A stretch of DNA of 63,300 bases, filler included, from Sphacelaria rigidula (taxonomy: Eukaryota): the NCBI GenBank assembly GCA_964200075.2. It is 9 parts of 9 records of this genome, joined end to end, with 100 filler letters (N's around TTAATTAATTAA, not from the genome) between each part and the next. Parts side by side here need not be neighbours in the genome. Positions count along the whole stretch, not along the records: positions 21,136 to 28,080 come from CAXNAA020017277.1; positions 28,181 to 35,124 come from CAXNAA020017278.1; positions 35,225 to 42,168 come from CAXNAA020017279.1; 6 more parts are not named here. The stretch is one strand, 5' to 3'. The first letter of the stretch is position 1; each line of letters opens with the position of its first letter. The notes below the pieces were generated by a model. The model made no database searches. It was not told where the DNA came from and was given only the letters and a program-made list of their open reading frames with translations. Made by a program: the position numbers and the translations under genes. Positions 25,511 to 39,100 of this stretch are shown here, one piece after another.

Positions 25511-27615
25511 ATAATGGGGGAAAATAGGAGCTGCCGGAAAAAGGATCACAATGATTTTTCTTCAGCAAAAAAGATCGGAGAAGCACACGCTGTGGCTTGG
25601 TACTCCAACTTCGTGTACCCTCGCGCCAATCAGCCGCGTGCCTTGACAGGAGATGAACGACCGTAGACTGTACACCACATATAGAAGGGTATTTTGCAAC
25701 ATGTAGGCCGATGGTTGCCGCTACTGTTGGATTGCTAGTACGACGTCCTGGCCGCCAAATACCCCTCATCGTTGGGGAATTCTATACGGAATTTCCATTG
25801 ACTTCCGGTAAAAGGTTGGAGCTTGGTTGTCGAAACAACGAAATCGGAATGGCCACCACACTTCAATGACCCTCTTCGATTTTATTTGATTCGATTTGAA
25901 GTGATTGATTATTTGTTGCATGTCAAGTCATCCCCGGGGTTGTCATGATCCAGCCGTGGTCATTATCCACAAAATAGACGTACCCAAGGTGAACAAGACG
26001 GAAACCCTCGCTGATGAAAAACAAGAGTGAAAAACAACATGCAGTGTTAACAAAACGGAGTCAACTGAACAGCAACGACAAGATCAAAATGAAGTATATA
26101 AAAAGGGAACGGAAGGAGCGGGGAAGAACCAGCGGGGAAAACGAAAAAAAAAAACGGACCCAATGAAGAAAAAGTCAGAAGAGAACATACTTGACGAAGT
26201 AAAACTATTGTAGAGAGCTATATGCGATAGTTCGCCGTGTACGCGTACATGAGTGTGTGTACGCACGCCCGTAGTCTGTAGCACAAAACTAAGATTTACG
26301 AGAGATAGCACGTACAACAGTATAGGTCAGCGGTGAAGCTGCTGCTGCAATCGTTGACTGTAGTAAAACAAGAACTACCCATACATGCACCAACAGTATC
26401 ACACAGTAAATCATGGTCTATCCCTGCTGATATCACGACAAGCGCCGCCCAGCAACACTTCCACAAGAGGGGAAAAGCACGACCACACAGGGTAACCGCC
26501 AACTTCGAGAGGTTTGAACTGATTGATCCTAAGGAACGATACTTCCGCACTGATTGGCTTGCCACCCGGACTTGAACACTCAACCTCCTGCCCTTACCGA
26601 TTTGAGAGGAGCAAGTTGCACCATTGAGACGCGGCAGCATAAGGGATGGCTACAAGTGCACATAACCGTGCTTCTGATGCCGAGAGAGTACACGCACACG
26701 AACACACACACACAATACTATGTGACCACGGTTGGATCCCTGGGGGGTCAGGTAACGTGCGTGAATCAACCAATTAAATCAAATCAAATCAAATCAGACA
26801 CACACGTACACACACAACTCTCTTACTACACAAGAACAAATACATGACACATAACTCCTCTTAATCCTTCTGGAACCCAAACACGATGTTTGTTTTTTGT
26901 GAACCAGCATCAGTTTCAGTCATTTTCAGTCATTTTCAGGTAAAAATGATGCCGATTCACAAAAACAAATGTCGTCTGTGGGTTCCCAAAGGCTGAAATG
27001 CAAAGGTACCAACACGATGCAGCAAAGATACGTACGCACTGGTTGGCTTGTCAACATTTCGCGAGTCAGACGTGACCATCTTCATAGAATGCCTGAGGGA
27101 CTTACCGAACACCTTCGAAAAAATCAACCAAATAGTACCCCTCGAAGTTATGTTCATGGAGTACTATTTCCCACAATTCCAAATACAAAATCGAAAATTT
27201 TCGTCCCCATGAAGAAAAACAAATCGTCTCCATTCTTTAGAATCCCCCGTTTACTGTAGTCGAGCCGCACTGCACTAACCATCAGCTTATACTATTGATA
27301 CAACCGAACGACAGGAGGGGGGGACGCATTGCCAAGTTCGCGTGCTGTAGTGTAAAGCTGCACCCCGCTAGCCATGTTGGCGTACCAGAGCATGTCTGAG
27401 CAAAATGTTTTTGGATCGAAAAAGCGCGGCAGAAAAGTAAAAATCCGATCTGATATGTCAGGATAGGTCGCCATGTGTTTCCGCGTCATTAATGTTGAAA
27501 TGAAAATTTATCAGATCATATTTTTTGTTTTCCCCCGCACATTTTTCATCGAGAAATAATTTGCCCTAGACACGGTCTCCTCGGTCGAAGTCGCCGGAGT
27601 GATCGGTAGCCGCGG

Positions 27616-27937
27616 CGCCCCGGTGGTGTATTAGTACAGCTGAAACCATTAGGCCAGGGAAGCGCGGGGTCGACTTCGGGCAAGTGCATGTGGATATGTT
27701 CTGAGAAGTATCCAGGTTGCATCTCCAAAATTGTGGAAATTTGAGAGTGTGAGCAAACAAAGTCAGTCTACGTGACGAGAGTCCACGCGATGCGAGGGTG
27801 CTGGTGGTCATGATCCAATCCACGGTACCAAAATGTAACACGTGTACCAAGGGAGAGATGGGTTGATCCCTTGAGACATGAGACGTGAGAATGCGAACTT
27901 GTTCTGAGGAAGGGGAGATGTTAAGGTTGAAAGTGTG
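27616..27937 (+). mobile_element. Diverged SINE family A copy
   Basis: cgccccggtggtgta head and accaaaatgtaacacgtgtacc...ggagagatgggttgatcccttgagac body shared with the other copies. Confidence 0.65.
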
Positions 27938-28031
27938 TTGAGAGAATAACAAAATGTCCGTCGTGAATGGCATGCACACGTCGGACAGATCATGATCCGT
28001 CTGAGAATTACTTCTTCTCAGTCGATCGCTG

Positions 28032-28080
28032 TCGCCCCGGTGGCTCAGTTGGTAACCTCGTGACCTTCTGGTGGTTGAGT
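28032..28080 (+). mobile_element. 5' head of SINE family B, cut by contig end
   Basis: tcgccccggtggctcagttggtaacctcg matches the heads at 48583 and 52713. Confidence 0.7.
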
Positions 28081-28180
28081 NNNNNNNNNNNNNNNNNNNN
28101 NNNNNNNNNNNNNNNNNNNNNNNNTTAATTAATTAANNNNNNNNNNNNNNNNNNNNNNNNNNNNNNNNNNNNNNNNNNNN
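28081..28180. other. Artificial contig spacer
   Basis: N44-TTAATTAATTAA-N44. Confidence 0.99.
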
Positions 28181-28854
28181 CAATACGATACGCGGATCAC
28201 GGCCCAACTCGTCTGTGTCGATGAGATATTGCTTTTATAGCTTAAATCCGTTTTACCTAATGATTCATAAAAACGACGACAACGCTCCAACACATACGGG
28301 CACTCGCGTCAACGACATTCTGGTAAAGTTTCAACCAAAAATACCTAAACTCGGGGGCGACATCGCACTTTTCGTGTGACACGGCCGCGCCCCTTTAATT
28401 CAAGTGATACAGGAGACTCCAATCATGGAGGTCATGAGTTCGAATCACGACAGATTTTCTTTTTGTTTTCGTCCGTCGTTAAGGTCGTATATTATGTAGT
28501 ATCTATTTTCCATCTTTTTTCTTCATTCAGCAGCGATGCCGTGTGTTACCAGGTTGGTCTGCACTTCACAGCGACATGCTCAGGTTGCACTGATTTGGAC
28601 AACTCGAGAAGCTGTGGTGTGGAAAGCGAATGCGGGCTTCACTGCTGGCCAAGCTCGTAATAATAACTCTGTTGATAATGGTGTGCGTCTGCGATTCTTA
28701 TCACGAGCGTGCGGAGTCGAATGCTCTTCCATAAACCATATCATCATCTGTCTTGGAGGTTTGGTTGCTGTGTTGAGTTTCGACAACTCCCAAAATGCGC
28801 ATTTTCCGAATCTTCCCCTAGTCGGAGAGTAGCAAATGTAGTGATGGCCTTAAC

Positions 28855-29067
28855 CTGCACTCGCTCCAAGCGGAGAAATTCCAGGTTTTCGTCGTAAAAC
28901 CCGCCGAAAGTCTGGAGCTGTTGCAGAAAGGCAATGAGCATGCACGTGTCATACTTGTCCGGCCGTGGTAGGTTAATGTCTTTCAGGTACAGCACCAGCC
29001 GTTCGCAGTCTCTCGGCCGATATACCCGTCCGTCGGGGGCGCTGAACAAGCTGCAAGTTTGCGCCAC
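28855..29067 (-). CDS. DYNC2H1: Cytoplasmic dynein-2 heavy chain exon (AAA3, Walker B region)
   Basis: 213 bp, phase 0/0; VAQTCSLFSAPDGRVYRPRDCERLVLYLKDINLPRPDKYDTCMLIAFLQQLQTFGGFYDENLEFLRLERVQ. Confidence 0.92.
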
Positions 29068-30936
29068 CTGTGAAAGGACGATGATGTGCATGCATGATTT
29101 GATTGTTTTAGTGATCCATGCGTACAAGGGAATGATATCACGATAAGAGTGCTTATGCTCCATCCGAAACGCTTACAACACAAACGGTCGTCACACAGTT
29201 TGACCATGGTGCACCAATGACGAGTTCGGGCGGGTTTCGTCGTTCTAGTATTGATAGCTATGGCATTTTGTTGGCTTCACTGGTCCAAAAACGTGAGGAA
29301 GTGAGAAAACAGAAAGAAAAAAACGTACGAAAGTGAGTTGACTGCGGCAGCGGCAGCGCTGGCCCAACGCTAGAGAATATTCTACGAAGGAGGCACCGAG
29401 ATAAAGATTCTTGATCCTTCAAGAGGATGTATTTCTCCTTTGGAGACGGGCGCACTATCAATGTGACAAAACTAGCTGCGGCAGTGCTGATCCAACGCTC
29501 GATGGAATATTTTCACGCAAGAGATACTCGATCTCTTGAGAATACTGAGTTCTGGAGGAGTATTACCAACGTGGCAGAAGATACGGCATGAGTGTGTACA
29601 GATACATGGCCAGCACACACGCACCACGCATTTTACCGAAATACAATGTTCGAACAAGATCGCTCCCGGCTAACTTGCCCCCCCAAAACGTGTATTTCGG
29701 TAGTAGAGTCACTATTCCACTCCTCGGGGCGTGCACAGACCTCGAACTGTGTGGTTTTGAAGTTATCGGCGTACCGGCACCCAACAATGTGTTTTTGGGG
29801 CTTGGTCAGGATTCTCCCGGCCTGCTTGTGCAGGCCAAGCGTGAACTTATCATAGCAAATCACGAGAAGTCATTTCGAATATCTACTCAACAAAAAGACG
29901 ATTAACTCGTTGATTCGCTTCTCCCTCTCGTCCCTCTCTAGTCCTCCCTCCCTCTCTTCTTCTATTCTGTTGATTTCCCGTACGCCTTATCCTTTTTCTC
30001 CTTCGCCATAGTTTGTATCTCGCTCCTGCAGAGCTAGTGGGCGAGAGTGCCCGCCCAAATAGTGCCGTGCGTAGATATCTGACTCATGTTGTCCTTGGAT
30101 ATCTGAGTCATGAGGTCCTTCGATATCTTAGTCGCAACCTGATTTCATTGCCTTGTTGTGTTTAGTTTTTGTACGGCATCCTACTCTGAAGCCATGCGAC
30201 AGAGGCCTGCCGATCCTCTTTGTTCCCGGAATCGGTGCCAGATATCAACCCGGCGGGTTTGTTTGTCCCTTATTGCTTGCACAGTTTGCTGTTAGTTCTG
30301 CCTATCTTCATTTTTTTTTCCATTCTCAAGATTCAATTACCGGGTTTTCCCCATCATCTACCCTGAGTACGCCCATCTTGTGACCATGGCTGAATTCGTA
30401 ACGGATCCGTCACTGTGCGACGATCAAACAAACCAGTCAGACCAATCAAAACTGGTATGTTAAATTTTGATGCTACACGAATCAGCTGTTTACATTTATA
30501 CCGCAAATACTGACTACTTACATCAATTCCCGCTCGCCAACATGAGTGATGAAATCAGCAAGGTCAGTTGCGTATTCACATATACTGTTCTACTACGTTC
30601 TCCACGGGTTTTCTCGGTGATCCTCTGTTCGAACGTGCAACTTTCAGTCTTCCACAAGTCAACACTCGCGTATTCCACCCCTGTCTGTTGTTCAGCCTCG
30701 CAGGATTTCTAATTTTCCATGTAGATTTATCACCAGACGTCAGTTAAATTTACTTTTTCCCCAACTCCAATTCTCGGTTCACACACAGCACATGCAAGTA
30801 GTCAGCAAAACCCGAGTCACGACGTTGTGCGACGACTCAAACCAACGAGAGACTACGTTGCAAATACTGCACGGCTCAGCTATTAATTTCTTCCGATTCA
30901 GTCGCAACATTTCGCAAAACGTCAAAACCTCTTCAC

Positions 30937-31176
30937 CTTGGTGATGACGTGCTCCGCAGTAGTCCTCGCGTTGCAATGCAACACGGTAATGTTAGTCTTC
31001 ACTTTTTTCGCGCCACCTGATCTTCTGCCTCCTTTTCCATCACCACCACCCGCCCCAGAAACAGTCTCCCCCGAAAACGCATGCCGAATGATCATGTCCT
31101 TGCCGCAACCTTCCGGTCCTACGAGAATGAATGGCTCACTCGTTTCTATCCATGGCCCCATCATGCTCAATGCGCG
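30937..31176 (-). CDS. DYNC2H1: Cytoplasmic dynein-2 heavy chain exon (AAA3 P-loop)
   Basis: 240 bp, phase 0/0; EPFILVGPEGCGKDMIIRHAF...VLHCNARTTAEHVITK. GPEGCGK is the dynein-2 AAA3 motif. Confidence 0.92.
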
Positions 31177-32168
31177 CTGGGTGAAAAGTAGGATAACGGT
31201 GGAAAGTGTAGCGCAATGGCTGCATGCCCTAGCATGCGGAGTCGGCTGAGAGTAGGGAACTCGGCATTGCAGATTGCTCGATCTTTGATACAGTCATATT
31301 CCAGCTGTGCGGATACCACGAGCAGCTGAGCAATGGTTTGATAGTATCCACTACTACTGCCGTCGTACGAATCAGCTCGGCCGTGATAACTGTCGTTCAG
31401 GCTCATATGACGAGGATTCGATTGAGGTTGGTAGCTTGGAGCAGTTGAGATTGTAGATTACATTGATGAAGATGTGAAATGTCAGGGAGGGAACGGGCGG
31501 GCGACGTGGCGGACAAGTTGTGGTATACTGCCATTGAAGTGTGTATCCATAGATTGTGGGACTCTCATGACAGGGACCGTGCGAGGGTGCCCTGCTATGG
31601 CTTTCCTTGGTAGCGCCAATTGATCTATCTGCTCATAGCCCAGGCTCTTGAGGGAATGTGCAATTTGACGTGATTTGACGGTATAACTGCTTGTCCCATG
31701 GTGCCCCTATTGTGGCGCGGGCTAGAGCTCAAGGGGCGCAACGGAGTGATACCTAGGTCTGGTCCTCTGAAACACTTACCCGGTTTGGAAATTGTGTCAT
31801 TGGGGGGGGGGGGTACACACACCGAGGGAACGCGTCTCACCGTGCGTAATGTGTGCAGAACATAGGAAAACATAAACCTATATGCCGGCAGGTTTATTGG
31901 GAAGACTGATAGTCAATTCGAGGCAAAGTCGGGGGTCCGAGCACACGTGGTATACAAAATCTTGCGCACGTCCTCAAAACGCCTCGTCACATCGAAGGCA
32001 TTGTAGGCATGACTCGTGGGCTTGGATGGCCTAAACGTACACGGGTCTCATTTTCCTTGTCCCTACAGCGGGCCGGAATGCTTGTTTCGCTCGCCTTATG
32101 GCTTTTGTTCAAACCCTTTCTCTTAGCACCTCGCTTAGCACACCTTGAGTAGGGACGCCTACGTGTAC

Positions 32169-32345
32169 CTGAACCGAGATAGTCGAGACAACGGACTGTG
32201 GTCCGATTCCATTCGCGCTTCCGCCGTCTTGAAGAGGTTCGACCGACGGACGGGCGGGGGGGTATGAAGTCAGAGCGCCGCGGTCACTGTAACAATCGAG
32301 CGGGCACGAGATGTCGGGGGGTCGCTCCCCCGCCCATTGGAAAAC
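32169..32345 (-). CDS. DYNC2H1: Cytoplasmic dynein-2 heavy chain exon
   Basis: 177 bp, phase 0/0; VFQWAGERPPDISCPLDCYSDRGALTSY...STISVQ. Confidence 0.85.
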
Positions 32346-32710
32346 CTGCACAACGTCAACGGGAAGTGTAGGCACCATAGCGACAGGAACACAAACATAT
32401 GTGTCATTGATTGATTGATCGATTGATCGATTGATTGATTGATTGATTGTCACAGATCAGCTGATTCCTCAGGAATCTAGCAGTCGTCACAAGATAGGAG
32501 ACGTGTGCAGCAAACAAAGTATATACGGAAGGAACGGCAACACTCACCAACTGGAAACGGAGAAAGGAGGACACGAAGAGAAAACTGAAAGAACGGCGAA
32601 CAGGACACAAACGAATACGGAACGAACACAGGAGCAGATCCAAAAATCCGTGTACGAGTTAAAGGGAATCAATCGTTGTACCTATATCCGAATGGCATCG
32701 AACACCTCAC

Positions 32711-32809
32711 CTCCTTGGCAAAAGCCGTTCGATCGGCGAGGTTCAGATTTCCACCGAGGCCGCGAATCATCCCGCACGCGAACTCCGCCTTTGATGACGA
32801 GCCTACCAC
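32711..32809 (-). CDS. DYNC2H1: Cytoplasmic dynein-2 heavy chain exon
   Basis: 99 bp, phase 0/0; VVGSSSKAEFACGMIRGLGGNLNLADRTAFAKE. Confidence 0.88.
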
Positions 32810-32905
32810 CTGTGTGTACGAGCGAAATGACCCTTCTTTTTGTCATGACGCACAGATAAACCGCAGGGAAAATGACGCCTGTGTCGTTGTCGGTGTCGTC
32901 GTCAC

Positions 32906-32948
<43 letters not shown>

Positions 32949-33317
32949 CGCGCGTTTGATGTACAGAGGCTACCGTTACGGCGTTGTTGATCAACTCAAC
33001 ATTCACGACTTTGCGACGTATAGATGTGTCAATCACGTGTCGAGGGACCATGCGTCTGCGTCACGGTTGTCTATGATTTGCAATCTATAGAGCTTCAAGG
33101 CAACAATCAGCTTGATGGTAGTTGGCTCAAATATTCGATGCTCGTAGGAAATTAGCGCTAGGCGAGATGTTGTTTGTAGGGTCTTGTAACGTTCACCTGG
33201 ATACAGGCCTTTACGCATATCATCACGTCTGGGAGGACAGCACCGTTGTGTGCACGAGTGTGCGTGTGTCTGTGCGTGTGTGTGTGCGCGTGTGTTTACC
33301 GATTTAGGCACACTCAC

Positions 33318-33396
33318 CTGGCTCAGTCCGTTGAGAACCGTGCCGACCAGGGTTGTGTCCACCACCATGTCTTTCTCCAGCACGTAATCCAAACCC
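33318..33396 (-). CDS. DYNC2H1: Cytoplasmic dynein-2 heavy chain exon
   Basis: 79 bp, phase 2/0; GLDYVLEKDMVVDTTLVGTVLNGLSQ. Confidence 0.88.
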
Positions 33397-34559
33397 CTGC
33401 GTTCAACAGCACACAACGTGAGCGTAATACAAACTCGAAAACGGCAGTCAGACTGGTTATGTTTATTTCGAAGGACACCGACTACGCTGGAAGAACAGCA
33501 CTTAAACCCCGTCAACAAAGCTGTAGCTGAGTGTAGTGGAAGTACTCGCATCCCTATCTTGTCCTCGGGAGTTCAGTTTGTGCTCGTAGGTATGATATCG
33601 CTAGCACTCGGTAGTGTCCCAATGGTGGACGTTTGACTTATTATAAATGCTTCTTCTGAATATTAGCGTTGTCAGATGGCAGCTAGTACGTGGAAAGGAA
33701 CACATCAAAACACTCCAGGTTTGCCTTCTGAAGCATTTGTAGCACACGGTGTTTAGCCAGGGATCTCAAATATGTCATTCTCCGTGCTCACGTGCATTCC
33801 TGCTGACTTTATCTGCATACAGCCATGCCATGAGGCACCCTCGTGTAAACAGTAGGTGAACCTTACAAAGGCGTGGTAGCTTCTAGCCACGACTGATGTC
33901 TCAGAAATTGGGGGTGATCAGTCAAATGTGCGTCCATGCCATCTGTACCTGCTGAATTTGCGGCTGGATTGTTAAAGCGAGTGCACGTTTCTGGGCCGCT
34001 ATTTCACGCCCGTAAAAGAGGAATTATGGCTGAGGTGTACTACTGCAGTTCGGGGAATATGTCACCACCGATAGGTGACGACCGAAAACGCGGGCCTAGT
34101 CGGGACTTCGGTCCTAAAGTACATTCATCCACTATTGTGGTAATGCCAAATGTATCCTCAAGTGTAGCTGTTCCATTGTGGTGTTTTGTCACTCCATCTC
34201 ATGGTTAATCGAACACAGTGCGTGCAGAGGTACGCTTTAAGATGGATCACGCTAAAAGCGAGTATCGACATTTGAGGAGTAGGCCTGAAAGTGCTGTCTC
34301 CGCTCTACGTAGTACTTCAGTGGTCGTACAAGGGCTTCATCAGCCGTGACCGGATTACTGGACCTCCTCCAGCGAACGACCCCGTGTGTACTCCTTGATT
34401 GGAGTGCACGGAGCACAAGGCAACCTTGGACGGGTACTATATTCAATACAATATTCAATTCGACCTCAGTTCGTGCCCACTCAAGATATCGTTCCCATTT
34501 TTTACGATCGTCTGTTAATAGACAAAATGATGACTAACACGGGCCATATGTTTCCGCAC

Positions 34560-34680
34560 CTGTAGAATAGGTCCTCGACCCATCCTGCAAGGCCGCCTCT
34601 CAGCTCCTTTGGTTGAGAGCTCAACCACCTTGTCAGCAGGCGTTTCACATCCACATCTTCGTCAGACAGGAATATCATAC
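34560..34680 (-). CDS. DYNC2H1: Cytoplasmic dynein-2 heavy chain exon (end of AAA2)
   Basis: 121 bp, phase 1/2; GMIFLSDEDVDVKRLLTRWLSSQPKELRGGLAGWVEDLFYR. All six exons join without frameshift. Confidence 0.9.
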
Positions 34681-34781
34681 CTGACATCGAAGATGCAATC
34701 GCCGTGTACAGGGTGTGATGGTTTTCATGTTGAAAGAAGAATCAAGCCGGCGCGCCCGGGTCATCTAACGGTGCAACTTAC

Positions 34782-34925
34782 CCCACCCTGGACAACAGAT
34801 TGCATTGTCTAAAAGTGCACTGCGTACAGTATGGCATCTACTGTCTCTCGCAATAGACATGATAGTTGATACTGTAAGCAGTACACTTCTTTTACAATTC
34901 CATCCGTGGTCATTATCCAGGTGTG
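34782..34925. mobile_element. Hairpin MITE family E, diverged
   Basis: caccctggacaacagatt...ctgcgtacagtatggcatcta... closely matches 22871-23008; TSD degenerate. Confidence 0.7.
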
Positions 34926-35124
34926 CAGCCTTCACCGCTGGGCCGGAAAGTACGCGTTCGAGCCCCGGCCATCTACATCAGCACGGATTCTTTTGAATCC
35001 GATCCGATTTTCATTGAAGAGAATGTGAGAACGGGAGCAGAGATAATAGCTTGTTTTTGACGAGAATCGTCTCTGTGCAAGAGTGCTGATTCAATCCGCA
35101 AACAAGCTCAATTGCAACGTGTGT

Positions 35125-35224
35125 NNNNNNNNNNNNNNNNNNNNNNNNNNNNNNNNNNNNNNNNNNNNTTAATTAATTAANNNNNNNNNNNNNNNNNNNN
35201 NNNNNNNNNNNNNNNNNNNNNNNN
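35125..35224. other. Artificial contig spacer
   Basis: N44-TTAATTAATTAA-N44. Confidence 0.99.
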
Positions 35225-36116
35225 CTCATTTGTTGCTTGCCTTAGTCGTTTGACCATTGACCACGCATCCCTTTCGAGACGGAGCATCTAATCTAATTAG
35301 GGGGGGGGGGGGGATGTTCAACGCATGTGATTGCAGCATATGAAGAGAGAAGTAAATGCGTCAAATTGTGATGAACGCTCTCTGGCGATATGACGGAGAC
35401 TTATTTCGGCTGCATCGCAAATAGCTACACTTGGGTGTGAGGTCGTTGTAGTATGTCAGTCCTCCGATGCCATTTGTGGGGGCCGATAGGGTCATTAGTA
35501 GTAAGAACTTTATGGCGTGAACTTTGTCAAGTGACAAACCTCGCCAAATGTCAGAGTAGAATTTTCCCACTTTTGCATCCCGCAACAGTCTTGAATCGAT
35601 ATTATTTAATTATTTATGTTATTTATCGCACTCTGAACCCCTCCCCTTCCTCGGGACGAGTCCGTGGTCTCAAGCCATCAACCCATCTTTCCCCGATCCA
35701 GAGGCTGCATATATTGTATGAAATGCAAATATTTTCAGCCTTTGGGCTTTTATTGGGTGTAACAGTGAGATATTTGGCTCGGGCAGTTGGCGGGATTCGA
35801 CAATTGGCGAAGTTTACACGAAAAAAGCGCCGTCTTGTGAAGACTTTTTCCAATAACTGCAAATCCAGCATACGGTACGTGAGTCTACATAGCGCACTCG
35901 GGGGGACTCCGGGACGCAAGCAGCGATCTAAAGTCTTGCGAAATACTTCTGCATGTCCTACCATCTATGTATGTGTCAAATGGCAGGGCACTCCAGCGTC
36001 AGTTGTTCCCCAAGGGGGAGCCTGAAAGCCGCATGTTGCGGCGAGGAAATGGAATCAGTCAAATACACGTCGCAAGCGTTTTGCCTAACTCTCTTTCTGG
36101 CATTCTATTGCCGCAG

Positions 36117-39100
36117 ATAACCATGGATCAGGAAGTGCATCTTCGCGTGTCCCTACTGCTGATGGTTGAAGATCCCGCAGTGCAGATCCACCATCTACTG
36201 CTCTTGGAGGCATGTGTGCTCACCTTCCCGGAGGGTATGCCTCTTCCGGGGGTGCAGAGGGAAGCGGGTGCAGCAATTACGTTCACCGTGCAGTGTGTCT
36301 CAAAGGTCAGGATGCCTACAAAATATCACGCAAGTAGATGACGTAGTCGTAGAGAAAATTGCAGGCTCACGCGTAACCTACGCTGGGACCTTACATTACT
36401 CACAGACCCCGCGTGCATGCGTGGTATTTTTCGTCACGTTTGTGTGCGGCATTCTCCTCAATATAACGAGCTGCAGCAAAACATGTGCTAAGCCATCTCT
36501 TCTCTTACAGGGCGTGGAAACCCATCCGTCCGTCCGAGACTCGAGAACTGCTGAGCCAGCGTTGATACACGTCGATGCCGCCAACGGAGACTTTCTCGAC
36601 CTGGAAACCTCGTCTGCCAACGGAGGTGGAGCCAATGCCCATTTATGGAGCACAATCCCTGTCCCCATCGTCGATAATCGGTGAGTGCTACTTCGGACAA
36701 AGCTCGCCATCCTTCCTTGTTTACTTGCAAAGGTTGCGTAGAGGGCCAACAGCAAGCCGAAGCGTCGGAGCGTTACGGCCTCTTTAATGACTACTGACCC
36801 TCTTTGGGGTATCTATGTTCCATCGTCCCTCGGCGGCCGGTCTAACGAGGGTTAACTTCCACTGGGGTGTCAACACAGGGTAGCAGAGTCACAGGGCTTG
36901 TTTGATTCTGCCGTTTACGATTACTATTTATGTCTGCGTGTCGTTGCAGGGTATCATGGGAACACGGGATCGAAGTTCCCCTCGGGCGAAAAGTTAAGAG
37001 AGTCTATATGGAGCACATGCCACTTTATCCGCGCGAGCTCTACGGCAAGGGAAGTCATGCAAGCGAGTGTCAGGTAACAGCGGCAGCCCCACCAACTTCA
37101 GTTTTCATCCAGTCATGTCGTAGAACAGTACGAAACGAAAGTCTGTGACGGGGATGATATCTATTTCGGATACGGTAGCAGCAGTTTACGCTGTTCATCC
37201 GAAGGCCGCCTTTGAGTCCGCAATGTCTGCACGTTTATTCGCCAGGTGGGCTTCATCTTCACCTTCTTTGTCGTTGAGGCTCCTTCACAAAAGTCGATAC
37301 CCCTCGGCTTCGCAGTTCTGCGCGTGCCGGATGATATTGGACTATCGGGCAGACCAGCAGAGTTATCGGCGGACGTATTATCACCGGATGGCTCACACTT
37401 GCAGGGGGTCGTGTGCTCCGTCGACTTGGATGTAAAGACCGTAAAATCAACACTATGTCTCCTGTTTGGCTGCCTCAGATAGGTCAAGCTTGATGGCACA
37501 GCTACGTTGTTGTAACGTGTTATATCCTGACAAGTGGCGTAGGTTTTAGTGCCGTGCGTGCTGTGGTTTGTCTGCACCAGGTACTAGGCCCTCCTCCACG
37601 GCCGGTGAGCTCGAGCCGCTCGCACACAAGTGAGGAGGCGAGTACCATCTACATATCAGTACGCGTAAGCGCAACCATTCTCGTAGCTGCTAACGGGGCC
37701 GCAGTTAGCGCGAGAAGATTTCCACAGTTTGTATGTCGCGAGTCTGGACGAGTTGGATCCATGTGACGAGTCTACTATGCATCGCTCGTATACGCTGAGG
37801 ACTGTACTTTCTTTGTACCATCGTCACGAAAAAACAAGACCGTACACGGTTTGATGCGCTGGACTCGGTGAGGAAACGTGTGTCCGCTGCACTTACTACG
37901 AACACACGCCTCGTCTCTTGAACCGAACTCCCCATGTTTTGATCTCGAGCAGTGCAATGAGGACAGACCGACTTCCACAGGCTGGTCACATTCATATGCA
38001 TCGTCAAGGGGGAGCGGCAGGGAACTAAGTTCTAAGTAAGTGTATCCATGCCTGGGTGTTCTGAAAAGCTGCACGTGCTGTGTTGTCGGCCACAGAATGT
38101 TGCACTTCCTGGGCCGACCCGTGCAAGCGGATCCACCGTACAAGCAACGACAAGCCGTTATGACCTCGACCTCTGATATTCGTCACATTGGAGCACGTTG
38201 CCGTGTGCGACCCCTCGCGTATTCCGTGCAGTGGCAAACAGTTCCCTAGATTGAAGGCAGAGGAAAAGGCTCGCGAGCGGCCGGTTTCCGACTTGGCAGA
38301 GGAAGTGCAGGCCCTTCGCAACCAGGCGGATGACAAGCAAAAAATAGTGAATCGCCTTTCAGAGGTAGGTTCCGTACTCAGCCAAAGTGCCACAACATCA
38401 TCGAACATGGGGTGTGTGAAAGTCTACCTGAGCACCCGAGGCACGTGCTTGTCTCAGGTTTGCGAAACCCAAATACTTTCACAGTCAGCCGGAGCAACAC
38501 CATGTGTCATGGCACGGTAGAAGAAGTGTCAGCGCCAAACTAGCGGATGCGAGGCATCTCGATTGCAGTCCGTCATGTGGACGCAAAGCGATGCAACGCT
38601 GGTATCGCCCTTTGTAGGGAGACATGCCACGGGCACGGCGTTTGAGTATCATTCATGGCGCACTTGATCCTACGTGTGCGGCAGGAAGTAGACAAGCGAT
38701 CTGATGCTATCCGAAGGTGTGGGGCGGAGATTCTCAAGCTGAGAAGGCAAGTGGAAATGTATCATGTGGATCGAGATCGCCTCGAATCTCAGCTCAAGGG
38801 GCTTCACAGGAATGCAGCAGACGCTGAAATGGTGAGAGTGAGAGTAGTTGACGGTCTACCCATACTTCACTTTGAAGACCGAGACGTATCTTTAGATGTG
38901 CGCATGCCTTTCTTACTGTTCGTTGATACCACGATTGTCTCCAACCGGTCGTCAGCGTCCTCGACGGTGCAGAAATATGCTCTAAAGTAGCGATTGTTGT
39001 GATCTCCTGAAAACCTAGGTAGGAAACTGTCAAATTCTCTTCGTGACAGTGCACATGATCTCGACGCACAATTGAGTTGGTCGTGAGATCGGCCAGCGGT

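Noticed and set aside
30074..30135. Short 24-bp tandem (gatatctga.tcatg...gtcctt) x2.5
   Set aside because: Small intronic duplication with no further structure.
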